A stretch of 58,360 bases of DNA from Synergistaceae bacterium. Its GTDB lineage: Bacteria; Synergistota; Synergistia; Synergistales; 79-D21. The notes under the pieces were generated by a model. That model did no database searches and was not told the origin of the DNA. It saw nothing but the letters and a program-made list of their open reading frames with translations. Positions 32,621 through 40,994 of this stretch are shown here, piece after piece (positions within the stretch are counted from its first letter, which is position 1; every line of letters begins with the position of its first letter). The position numbers and the translations under genes are program-made. The DNA lies in the NCBI GenBank assembly GCA_012517195.1, contig JAAYVK010000031.1, forward strand, positions 1 through 58,360, written 5' to 3'.

Positions 32621-34039
32621 ATGGAACGAATCAGAAAAATCGGTTTGGTCTTGGGCATTGCACTCCTGTTCATCGGCATTGTCTACACGGCGCCCCAATC
32701 CTTCAAGCCTGTCGTGACTCCGGCCGTTTCGCAGGATGTCTTCACGGGAAATCCCGTTGCGGCGATTGCCAGCAAGTCTTCACCCGCCGTGGTGAACATC
32801 GACACGAAAACGCTGGTCAGGCGCTCTTTTTCGCCTTTCGGGGACGATCCGATCCTCAGGCAGTTTTTTGGTGACCAGATGGACCTGTTTTCCAGGGTGG
32901 TGCCGATGGAAGGGAAAGGGTCCGGTTTCATCGTGAGCCCGGACGGGATGATCCTGACGAACAACCACGTTGTTGACGGGGCCGATTCGGTGACGGTAAC
33001 CCTTGCGGACGGCAGGCGCTTCGATGCAGAAATCGTCGGCAAGGACCCGACCTATGACCTGGCTGTGATCCGGATCAAGGCTTCCAACCTTCCGGTTTTG
33101 AAGATGGGCGATTCGGACCGGACCCAGGTGGGGGAGTGGGTCGTCGCGATCGGGAACCCGTTCGGTCTTGAACATACCGTAACCGTCGGGGTTATCTCCG
33201 CGAAGAACAGGAGCATTCGGCTAGAAAGGCTCAATTTTGACGGGTTTTTCCAGACCGATGCAGCGATCAACCCGGGAAACAGCGGCGGACCCCTGATCAA
33301 CCTCGACAACCAGGTCATCGGGATCAACACGGCGATCGTTCCTTACGCCCAGGGAATCGGGTTTGCGATCCCGATCAACGTCGCGAAGCAGGTCATGAAT
33401 GACCTTGTCCGGTACGGGCGCGTGAAACGGGCCTGGCTGGGGGTCTACATGCAGCCGATCACGCCGGATATCGTGGAGGCCTTTGGACTGAAATCCTCCG
33501 ACGGGGCCCTTGTCAGCGACGTGGTCCCGGATTCTCCCGCGGAGAAGGCCGGCGTTCAGCGGGGGGACATCATCAGGAAAGCCGGAAATGTACCCGTAAA
33601 GACACCGGATGACTTGTCGAACGCTGTCCGGAAACAGGCCGCTGGAGACAGCCTCAGGCTTGAAATCCTGAGGGATGGGAAAACCCTCAGCCTGACTGCC
33701 AAACTGGCGGAAATGCCGGACGAGCGAAACCTCGGCGGCCAGCCGCAAGGAAGGATCGGAAACCGTCTGGGCCTCCAGTTGGGCAACGTGGACCTGAAAA
33801 ACAGGCAGAGGTTTGATCTGCCGGCCCTTCAGGGCGTTGTGGTCCTTGGTGTCGAGGACGGATCTCCGGCCCAAAGAGCCGGGCTTCAGCCCGGGGATGT
33901 CATCCAGGGGGTCAATGGAAGGGTTGTTCGTGACCTCGCTTCCTGGGAAAAGGCGATGAGCCAGGCGAGCGGGAAAAACCTGGTCCTTCTTGTCTGGAGG
34001 GAGGGAAGGACGACTTTCGTGCCCCTGAAAGCCCGCTGA
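32621..34039 (+). CDS. htrA: HtrA/DegP-family serine protease with two PDZ domains
   Basis: N-terminal TM anchor. The catalytic triad contexts are TNNHVV, DLAVIR and GNSGGPL. Two PDZ-like segments follow (GALVSDVVPDSPAEKAGVQRGDII and GVVVLGVEDGSPAQRAGLQPGDVI). Confidence 0.93.
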   Translation: MERIRKIGLVLGIALLFIGIVYTAPQSFKPVVTPAVSQDVFTGNPVAAIASKSSPAVVNIDTKTLVRRSFSPFGDDPILRQFFGDQMDLFSRVVPMEGKGSGFIVSPDGMILTNNHVVDGADSVTVTLADGRRFDAEIVGKDPTYDLAVIRIKASNLPVLKMGDSDRTQVGEWVVAIGNPFGLEHTVTVGVISAKNRSIRLERLNFDGFFQTDAAINPGNSGGPLINLDNQVIGINTAIVPYAQGIGFAIPINVAKQVMNDLVRYGRVKRAWLGVYMQPITPDIVEAFGLKSSDGALVSDVVPDSPAEKAGVQRGDIIRKAGNVPVKTPDDLSNAVRKQAAGDSLRLEILRDGKTLSLTAKLAEMPDERNLGGQPQGRIGNRLGLQLGNVDLKNRQRFDLPALQGVVVLGVEDGSPAQRAGLQPGDVIQGVNGRVVRDLASWEKAMSQASGKNLVLLVWREGRTTFVPLKAR

Positions 34040-34056
34040 AGGGAAGAGCAAACCGA

Positions 34057-34103
34057 GCAGGGAGGGACCGCAGGCCTTTTGCCGGCGGTCCCTCCCTGCT
34101 TTT
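34057..34103. terminator. Bidirectional terminator between htrA and the histidine kinase
   Basis: 15-bp stem gcagggagggaccgc/gcggtccctccctgc followed by TTTT. It abuts the kinase stop. Confidence 0.7.
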
Positions 34104-34975
34104 CAGGCTGAAGGGAAACGAACGCGAAACAGCAATCCCTCCCCCGCCTTTGAATGGACCTCGATCCGTCCGTTGTGGATCTGGGCGATCCTGTAAACGA
34201 GCGGCAGACCGATTCCGTACCCCGGCATATGTCTTGAACCATCGGCCCTCCAGAAGAGTTCGAAACATTGGCGGATCTCTTCCTGTGACATGCCGGGTCC
34301 CGTATCCCACACTTCAAGCACGGATTCTCCCGCCGAACCCTCCGGGTAGGTCCGGATTCCCAGGCGTCCCCCGGGGGGGGAATACTTGCTGGCATTGTCG
34401 AGAAGGTTGCAGGCAAGGGTGAGTAGGAGCGGCCCTCGCCCGAGCAGCGAAGCGGGTTTAACCTCTTTGATGACTTCCTGTCCTCTTCGGTTGAAAATCG
34501 GGCCGAGGTTCTGGCAGGCCGTATCCGCGATTTGCATCAGATTCACCCTCTCGAATTCCAGGGGCTTTTCAGCGAGATCAAGCCGGGAAAGCTCAAGAAG
34601 GGATTCGATCATGTTCCTCATGGAGGAAACATGATCGATGATTTCAGAGAGTTTTTTCTCGTAATATTCAGTGGATCTCGGGCGCAGCAAGGTAACCTCT
34701 GCCTTGCTGCGGATCACGCTCAAAGGATTGAGCAGTTCATGACTTACGTTCGAGGTGTAGCGGCGCAAGTTCCCGATCGCCTGCGTGAACCGTTCCGAGA
34801 AGGAAGCTAAGGCGGCCTCAAGCCTTTCTCGATCCTCCTTTTTTCCGGGGAGCGGCGGTAACGGACCAGGACGATCCAGATTGAGATCCTCAAAATATTC
34901 CGCCAGGGCACGAAAAAGCTCCGGCTCGGAGGTCTCCTCTCTAGATGGGGTTTCTCTGGCCCGCTCATTATTCAT
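34103..34975 (-). CDS. Histidine kinase, cytoplasmic, without TM or recognisable sensor domain
   Basis: 290 aa. H-box SNVSHELLNPLSVI, N-box LLDNASKYSPPGG, G1 box WDTGPGM and G2 box GYGIGLPLV. The first 70 or so residues are acidic and Pro-rich with no hydrophobic segment. Confidence 0.85.
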   Translation of the reverse strand: MNNERARETPSREETSEPELFRALAEYFEDLNLDRPGPLPPLPGKKEDRERLEAALASFSERFTQAIGNLRRYTSNVSHELLNPLSVIRSKAEVTLLRPRSTEYYEKKLSEIIDHVSSMRNMIESLLELSRLDLAEKPLEFERVNLMQIADTACQNLGPIFNRRGQEVIKEVKPASLLGRGPLLLTLACNLLDNASKYSPPGGRLGIRTYPEGSAGESVLEVWDTGPGMSQEEIRQCFELFWRADGSRHMPGYGIGLPLVYRIAQIHNGRIEVHSKAGEGLLFRVRFPSA

Positions 34976-35000
34976 GGAAGCGTTTCCCCAATCGCGAGTT

Positions 35001-35681
35001 TCAGGCCTGATCCGGGCAAACCACCTTGTATCCGACTCCCCGGACGGTCACCACCATCAGATCCAGGCCAAAGGGGCGAAGCTTGTCCCGGAGGTATTTG
35101 ACATGAACATCCACCACGTTGCTTGTCCCTTCGTACTCTTCCTGCCAGACGTTCGAGATGATCTTGTCTCGCGTGAAGACCTGATTTTCGTGCCTCATGA
35201 GGAGTTCCAGGATATCGAATTCCCTCCGTCTCAACGGTACGGTCTCTTCCCCGACACGGCACTCCCTTGCCAGCGGGTCGAGCGTGAGCGGACCGCAGCG
35301 AAGCAGGGCCGGCTTGGGTTCGGAAATCCTCCGGATCAGGGCGTTAACCCTGGCAAGAAGCTCACGGAAATCGAACGGTTTGATAAGATAGTCGTCAGCC
35401 CCCTGCTCGAGCCCCGTGACGCGATCCTCGATCGAATCCCGGGCGGTGAGCATGATCACGGGGACCTTCTTTCCTTCCTCCCGCAATGCCGAAAGGATTT
35501 CAAGACCGCTGAGCTTCGGCAGCATCAGGTCAAGGATGATACAGTCATGGTCACCCGCACGGGCTTTCTTCAGACCGTCCTGGCCGTCGTAGGTGAAGTC
35601 GACCGTAAAACCGTTTTCCGAAAAGCCTTCGGAAAGGACCTCCACCAGTTCCTTGTTGTCTTCAATAATTAGCAGTTTCAT
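35001..35681 (-). CDS. OmpR/PhoB-family response regulator
   Basis: MKLLIIEDNKELVEVL...DCIILDLMLPKLSGLE is the receiver domain with its Asp. The C-terminal winged-helix domain includes ...TVRGVGYKV. Confidence 0.93.
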   Translation of the reverse strand: MKLLIIEDNKELVEVLSEGFSENGFTVDFTYDGQDGLKKARAGDHDCIILDLMLPKLSGLEILSALREEGKKVPVIMLTARDSIEDRVTGLEQGADDYLIKPFDFRELLARVNALIRRISEPKPALLRCGPLTLDPLARECRVGEETVPLRRREFDILELLMRHENQVFTRDKIISNVWQEEYEGTSNVVDVHVKYLRDKLRPFGLDLMVVTVRGVGYKVVCPDQA

Positions 35682-35772
35682 CGAGATCCCCCTCTCAATT
35701 CTAATGAAATCGGGATTTTCATTCTATTAAAACACAGGGAAGAGGAGTTGTCGAGAGGGAAATCTGCTTTTT

Positions 35773-35801
35773 TTGCACAATTTGGCTCGTGATGGTAGAA
35801 T
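35773..35801 (+). promoter_or_regulatory. Sigma-70-type promoter of rpsO
   Basis: TTGCAC-17 nt-TAGAAT with an extended TG (TGgTAGAAT). Confidence 0.6.
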
Positions 35802-35879
35802 ACCTTTCGACCCGGTACTCGGATTGGGGATTCGGACCCCTTTCTGGGGCTTGGGATTTGTTTGAATCGGGGTGTCGAA

Positions 35880-36146
35880 ATGATCGAGCGTGAAGAAAAG
35901 CAGCGAATCATCGAGGAGTTCAAGGTTCACGGGGCCGATACAGGGTCTCCGGAAGTACAGGTTGCCATCCTGACGCACAGGATTCGCAGCCTGACGGAGC
36001 ATCTGAAAGCTCACAAGAAGGATTTCCATTCCCGCAGAGGCCTTCTCATGATGGTGGGACAGAGGAGGAAGCTGCTGAACTACCTGAAAACAAGGGATTT
36101 CAACCGCTACCAGGCACTGATCCAGCGGCTGGGCCTGCGGCACTGA
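35880..36146 (+). CDS. rpsO: 30S ribosomal protein S15
   Basis: [69 protein letters not shown]. Confidence 0.96.
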   Translation: MIEREEKQRIIEEFKVHGADTGSPEVQVAILTHRIRSLTEHLKAHKKDFHSRRGLLMMVGQRRKLLNYLKTRDFNRYQALIQRLGLRH

Positions 36147-36165
36147 GGAACCTGGGAAGTCGAGA

Positions 36166-36199
36166 GGCGGGGACGGGACGACCGTCCTCGCCTTTTTTT
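36166..36199 (+). terminator. rpsO terminator / rpsO-pnp attenuator hairpin
   Basis: ggcggggacgg-gacga-ccgtcctcgcc (one G-U pair) followed by TTTTTTT. It lies 66 nt upstream of the pnp start. Confidence 0.75.
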
Positions 36200-36264
36200 A
36201 TCATCGTATGGTATGCTCTTCAGGACGAAAAATTATTGAAAGAGTCAAGGAGGCTCAAAGGATT

Positions 36265-38568
36265 ATGGTTCAAACATTTTCAATTGAAGTGGGAGGAAGG
36301 ACCCTGTCTTTCGAAACCGGCAGGCTTGCAAAGCAGGCCAGCGGTGCAGTCCAGGTCACTTACGGGGAAACGGTCCTGCTCGTCACCGCCTGTATGACGG
36401 AGAAGCCGCGGGAAGGGTTGGATTTTTTCCCGCTCCTCGTTGATTTTGAAGAACGTTTCTACTCGGCGGGGAAGATCCCGGGCGGATTTATCAAGAGGGA
36501 AGGAAGGCCTTCCGAAACGGCAATTCTCAGCGCCCGGATTATCGATCGCTCGATCCGGTCCCTTTTCCCGGACCACATGAGGAACGATGTGCACGTGGTC
36601 GCGACGGTTCTCTCCGTTGACCAGGTCAATGCCCCGAACATTCAGGCGATTAACGCGGCATCAATGGCCCTGACCCTTTCCGAGATCCCGTGGAACGGTC
36701 CTGTTGCGGCCCTCCGTGTCGGTTGCATCGATGGGAAATTTGTCGTGAACCCCACAGAGGAAGAACTTCTCCAGAGCACCCTGGACCTGGTTTTGGCCGG
36801 CCACATGGGCGGGATCACCATGGTGGAGGCGGGTGCCAAAGAAGTGCCGGAATCTTTGATGGTGGATGCCCTCGAGTTTGGCCATGAACAGATCAAGCGG
36901 CTCGTTCGGTTCCAACTCGAAGCCAGGGAGAAAGCCGGAAAACCGAAGGTGGAAATTCCTGCCCCCGTCAGGATCGAAGCGCTCGACGAGGCCATCCGGA
37001 GGAACTATTACGGCGAAATCTACGAGGCGGTAGGAATTCATGCGAAGGGGCAACGAAACGAGAAAATCGCCCTGGTCAAGCAGAAGGCCGTTGAGACACT
37101 TGAGGGCGAATTCCCCGATTCTTCCCGGTACATCGGCGAGGTTGTGGAAGAACTGGTCAAGAAGGCAATGCGCTCCATGACGGTCGATGAACGCCGTCGT
37201 GCTGATGGAAGGACCATGGACCAGGTCCGCCCCATTTCCTGCGAAGTGGGAGTGTTGCCGAGAACGCACGGATCGGCCCTTTTCACGCGTGGCGAAACGC
37301 AGGCCTTGGTGACGACCACCCTGGGAATGATGGGGGAGGACGAGCAGGTCCTCGATGGCCTGAAGATCGACGAGCCCTCCAAGCGGTTCATGCTCCATTA
37401 CAATTTCCCGCCTTACTCCGTCGGTGAAGTCCGGCCAATGCGGGGGCCCGGAAGGCGCGAGATCGGCCATGGGGCCCTTGCTGAAAGAGCTGTCCGAAAT
37501 CTGATGCCGTCCGAGGAAGAGTTCCCCTACATCGTTCGGGTGGTTTCGGATATCCTCGAGTCGAACGGCTCAAGTTCGATGGCATCCGTCTGCGGCGCCA
37601 GCCTGGCCCTGATGGATGCGGGGGTGCCGATCAAAAGACCGGTCGCAGGGGTTGCCATGGGATTGATCAAGGAAGGCGAAAAAGTTGAAATCCTTACGGA
37701 CATCCAGGGGCTTGAGGATCACTACGGGGACATGGATTTCAAGGTTACCGGCACCGAGGTGGGGATCACAGCCCTGCAGATGGACAACAAGGCGGGCGGG
37801 ATCACACGGGAAATCCTGGAAAAAGCACTGGGGCAAGCCCGAGAAGGGCGTTTGCACATTCTTGGGGAAATGGCCAAGGTGATCCGGGAGCCCAAGAAGG
37901 ATCTCTCCCCGTACGCTCCCAGGATGTACACCACAAGCGTTCCCGTGGACTCCATCCGGGATGTCATTGGCCCCGGGGGCAAGGTGATCCGTGGGATCTG
38001 CGCGGATACGGGCGTCAAGATGAACGTCGAGGATGACGGCAGGATTTTCATCGCGGCAACCAACGAGGAGTCCGCCAAAAAAGCCTTGCAGATCATCCGC
38101 GACCTGACCCGGGATGCAGAGCCGGGGGAGATCTTTTACGGCAAGGTAACACGGCTGCTGAGTTTCGGGGCTTTTGTCGAAGTCCTTCCCGGCAAGGAGG
38201 GCTTGCTCCACGTCAGCGAAATCAGCACGCACCACGTGCCAAAGCTGGAGGATGCCGTGAAGCCGGGTGATATGGTGCTAGTCATGGTCAAGGAGATCGA
38301 CGACATGAACCGCGTGAACCTGACTCGGCGCCGCCTGCTGGAGAAGGCGGCGGAGCACCGGCTCGCCGAGCTGTACCCCGAAGCCTACGCCCTGGAGCTA
38401 GCCCGGGAAGAGCGCATTGCACAGGCGAGCGCAGCCGCGGGTACAGAGCGAGATCGGCCAAGGCGGAGCGAGGGGGAAAACCGGGATCGGCGCCCCGGCG
38501 GAGAACGACATGACAGGCGTGGAACCGGTCCAAGAGATCGCGGGAGGGGTCCGGTTGAACGCCATTAA
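36265..38568 (+). CDS. pnp: Polynucleotide phosphorylase
   Basis: MVQTFSIEVGGRTLSFETGRLAKQASGAV.... Two RNase PH domains are followed by a KH domain (IGPGGKVIRGI) and an S1 domain (GKVTRLLSFGAFVEVLPGKEGLLHVSE), then an Arg-rich C-terminal tail. Confidence 0.96.
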   Translation: MVQTFSIEVGGRTLSFETGRLAKQASGAVQVTYGETVLLVTACMTEKPREGLDFFPLLVDFEERFYSAGKIPGGFIKREGRPSETAILSARIIDRSIRSLFPDHMRNDVHVVATVLSVDQVNAPNIQAINAASMALTLSEIPWNGPVAALRVGCIDGKFVVNPTEEELLQSTLDLVLAGHMGGITMVEAGAKEVPESLMVDALEFGHEQIKRLVRFQLEAREKAGKPKVEIPAPVRIEALDEAIRRNYYGEIYEAVGIHAKGQRNEKIALVKQKAVETLEGEFPDSSRYIGEVVEELVKKAMRSMTVDERRRADGRTMDQVRPISCEVGVLPRTHGSALFTRGETQALVTTTLGMMGEDEQVLDGLKIDEPSKRFMLHYNFPPYSVGEVRPMRGPGRREIGHGALAERAVRNLMPSEEEFPYIVRVVSDILESNGSSSMASVCGASLALMDAGVPIKRPVAGVAMGLIKEGEKVEILTDIQGLEDHYGDMDFKVTGTEVGITALQMDNKAGGITREILEKALGQAREGRLHILGEMAKVIREPKKDLSPYAPRMYTTSVPVDSIRDVIGPGGKVIRGICADTGVKMNVEDDGRIFIAATNEESAKKALQIIRDLTRDAEPGEIFYGKVTRLLSFGAFVEVLPGKEGLLHVSEISTHHVPKLEDAVKPGDMVLVMVKEIDDMNRVNLTRRRLLEKAAEHRLAELYPEAYALELAREERIAQASAAAGTERDRPRRSEGENRDRRPGGERHDRRGTGPRDRGRGPVERH

Positions 38569-39001
38569 GGTGAAGGTGAGGCGGGACGAAACTTCCAGGG
38601 GACTCCCCCTGCCGCACTACGCGACCCCGGGTTCTTCAGGGGTGGACCTTCGGTCGGCTGAATCTGCCCTGATCGAGCCGGGGAGCTGGGCGGTCCTGGG
38701 AACGGGTCTTCATCTGGAAATTCCAGAAGGTTACGAAGCCCAGGTCCGATCCAGAAGCGGTCTTGCGCTGAACAAGGGTGTGATGGTCCTGAACAGCCCG
38801 GGCACAATCGACAGCGATTACCGCGGGGAAGTGCGGGTCATCCTGATGAACCTGGGGAAAGTCCCATTCCGTGTCGAACCCGGTGATCGAATCGCCCAGA
38901 TGGTTTTCTGCCCGGTGGTCGGGGCGGACCTGGAAGAAGTTGAGAGCCTTTCTTCAACGGAAAGGGAACAGGGCGGGTTCGGAAGCACGGGTTCCAAGTG
39001 A
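38510..39001 (+). CDS. dut: dUTP diphosphatase
   Basis: ...LPLPHYATPGSSGVDLRS...SRSGLALNKGV...GTIDSDYRGEV...GDRIAQMVF...RGGFGSTG are the dUTPase motifs. The start is ATG 38510 (SD GGAG) or TTG 38555 (SD GGGAGGGG). Both overlap the pnp 3' end. Confidence 0.88.
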   Translation: MTGVEPVQEIAGGVRLNAIKVKVRRDETSRGLPLPHYATPGSSGVDLRSAESALIEPGSWAVLGTGLHLEIPEGYEAQVRSRSGLALNKGVMVLNSPGTIDSDYRGEVRVILMNLGKVPFRVEPGDRIAQMVFCPVVGADLEEVESLSSTEREQGGFGSTGSK

Positions 39002-39010
39002 CGGGAGGAG

Positions 39011-39048
39011 AAAAACGGGGAGCGGGCTTAAGCCCGCTCCCCGTTTTT
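39011..39048. terminator. Bidirectional rho-independent terminator
   Basis: aaaaacggggagcgggc-ttaa-gcccgctccccgttttt is a perfect stem flanked by an A-tract and a T-tract. It lies between convergent dut and the NSS small-subunit gene. Confidence 0.85.
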
Positions 39049-39086
39049 CCTGTGCTCAGTTTCCGGCTTGATATCGATGAATCGGT

Positions 39087-39188
39087 TTAGTGCCCTTTCT
39101 TTGTTTCAGCGTTCATGGCGGTCTTCAGGCACCAGATGAAACCCCCGAAAACGCAAATCAGGATGATCGTCATCGTTGCAGGCCACAT
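39087..39188 (-). CDS. Small (33 aa) single-TM protein, MetS-like small subunit of the NSS transporter (below the ORF-track length cut-off)
   Basis: AAGGAGGG-7 nt-ATG gives MWPATMTIILICVFGGFIWCLKTAMNAETKKGH, one hydrophobic helix plus a basic tail. It lies 31 nt downstream of the NSS gene on the same strand. Confidence 0.65.
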   Translation of the reverse strand: MWPATMTIILICVFGGFIWCLKTAMNAETKKGH

Positions 39189-39218
39189 TTCAATACCCTC
39201 CTTTTCAAGCCGCGAAAG

Positions 39219-40688
39219 CTAGTACTTCGCTTCCAGCTTGTGGGTGGTCTTTTCCGCCAGCCAGTTGTTCAGGAAGAAGAACACGACGGCGGCGATGATC
39301 CACTGGTAGTACATTGTCCCGACGGTGTAGGTGTACTTGGAGATCGGGAGCCACTTGTACCATTCGCCGGGATACCAGGAAATGGCTTGCATCGTCCACC
39401 AGCCGAAGATGATGACGAACCACACCGGGAAGAGGCACACCAGCCACCACATCCAGTAGTACTTGATGTCCGAGCAGGGCTCGATGTACTCCACCCAGAT
39501 CTTTCTGACACCGACTTTCATCGCACCGATGGAGAAGAGGAGCCCGGAAAGCAGCAGCCCCACGCCCCAGACCCAGTCCTGGTTCTCGAAGAACCAGTTG
39601 TACATGGCGGAAGGCAGCCCGCAGACGAGACAGGCGATGCCGATAGCCCAGGTTGCCTTCTTTGTGCCCCAGCCAGCATCCTCCAGGAGACGGACGCCGA
39701 GCTGGATCATCGAAATTTCCGAGCTCAGGGCCGCCATGATCAGGGCCGCGAAGAAGGCCAGAGCCATGATAATGCCGCCCGGAATCTGGGTAAAGAGGTT
39801 CGTCAGGTGAATGAAGGCAAGACCGTTGTTGCCGGATTTCACGGCCGCCATCGGATCTGGAGCGATCGCGAAAATGGTGGGGATGACGCAGAGGCCCGCA
39901 AGCGAAGCTGCCGCCGTGTCAGCGAACGCGGTCGTCGCGGAGTTCAGGAGGATGTCCTCATCTTTCTTGGCATAAACGAAGTAGGTGAGGAAAAGCCCCC
40001 AGCCGGCACCGGTGGACCAGGCCGCCTGCGTGAACGCTTCCAGGTAGGTTTTCCCCTTCATGACATCTTCCATGCGGATTGTGAAGAGGTATTCCAGCCC
40101 TTTCCAGGCCCCGGGCAAAAACTGAGCGCGGATGGCGAGAAAGATCAGCAGGATGAAGATGGAAGGGATCATGAACTTGTTGGCTTTTTCAAGACCGTTC
40201 TGAATGCCCCTGGAAACGATAAAAATGCTCACGAGCAGGGCGATGATGAAGAAGAGCGCGCCTTGAGTGGGATTGTTGATGAAGGCATCCCAGAGTGCCT
40301 TTGAATCGACTCCGGGTTTGAGCACCCCGGTTGCCGCGTACAGGAAGTAGCGGATGCACCACCCGATGACAACTGCGTAATAAAAGGCGATGGCAAGGGA
40401 AATCCAGGCGATGAGAGCTCCGACCCAGGTCCATTTCTTGCCGAGCATTTCTTTCCAGGAACCGATAACGCCCATCCGGGAAACTTTGCCCCAGACTCCT
40501 TCGGCTGCAAGGAGCGGGATGGCCCACAGGAACAGGGCCAGGAAATACGCGATATAGAAAGCCCCGCCGCCGTTCGTTGCGGCAACCCGCGGGAATCTCC
40601 AGATGTTGCCCGTCCCGATGGCCATTCCCATTGCTGCGAAGACGAGACCCCAACGGCTTGACCACTGCTCGTTCGTGTTCTCGGACAT
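39219..40688 (-). CDS. Sodium-dependent NSS (SNF) family transporter
   Basis: MSENTNEQWSSRWGLVFAAMGMAIGTGNIWRFPRVAATNGGGAF is the NSS signature (GxGNxWRFP). 489 aa and polytopic. AAGGAGGG lies 8 nt upstream of the ATG at 40688. Confidence 0.9.
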   Translation of the reverse strand: MSENTNEQWSSRWGLVFAAMGMAIGTGNIWRFPRVAATNGGGAFYIAYFLALFLWAIPLLAAEGVWGKVSRMGVIGSWKEMLGKKWTWVGALIAWISLAIAFYYAVVIGWCIRYFLYAATGVLKPGVDSKALWDAFINNPTQGALFFIIALLVSIFIVSRGIQNGLEKANKFMIPSIFILLIFLAIRAQFLPGAWKGLEYLFTIRMEDVMKGKTYLEAFTQAAWSTGAGWGLFLTYFVYAKKDEDILLNSATTAFADTAAASLAGLCVIPTIFAIAPDPMAAVKSGNNGLAFIHLTNLFTQIPGGIIMALAFFAALIMAALSSEISMIQLGVRLLEDAGWGTKKATWAIGIACLVCGLPSAMYNWFFENQDWVWGVGLLLSGLLFSIGAMKVGVRKIWVEYIEPCSDIKYYWMWWLVCLFPVWFVIIFGWWTMQAISWYPGEWYKWLPISKYTYTVGTMYYQWIIAAVVFFFLNNWLAEKTTHKLEAKY

Positions 40689-40834
40689 ACAACGTGCCCT
40701 CCTTTTCATCGGATGATAGTAAGGTTGGAAAGACATCCCCCTTTCCCTTCTCTACGGCATGGCACCCCTCCTCCCTGGATGTGAACTTGGATAAAATATA
40801 CAAAAACAAACAGCCCCATGGTTCAACACAGTTG

Positions 40835-40864
40835 ATTATAAAGGCAGGATATGGGAAATGCCAA
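40835..40864 (-). promoter_or_regulatory. Sigma-70-type promoter of the NSS transporter operon
   Basis: The minus strand reads TTGGCA-18 nt-TATAAT. This implies a 5' UTR of about 140 nt. Confidence 0.5.
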
Positions 40865-40994
40865 GGATAGGACCTGCGCAAAAAAACTTAAATTAACGGT
40901 CAAATTGGACAATACAGAAAGAGTCAAGTTGTCGGATAGGGAAAAGGAGGGGTAGAATGACTCAAAAGATCACGACGGACCGGAGGGATTTTCG

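Noticed and set aside
39090-40304. 404-aa plus-strand ORF
   Set aside because: It is antisense to the NSS transporter gene, whose GxGNxWRFP signature is unambiguous. Its composition is Asp/Gly/Pro/His-rich.
40689-40994. T-box riboswitch upstream of thrS (also considered for leuS at 23297-23424 and pheS at 44346-44595)
   Set aside because: No T-box consensus (GGGTGGTACCGCG-like) and no specifier/antiterminator architecture is visible. The leuS leader is only about 40 nt. A covariance-model scan would be needed to be certain.
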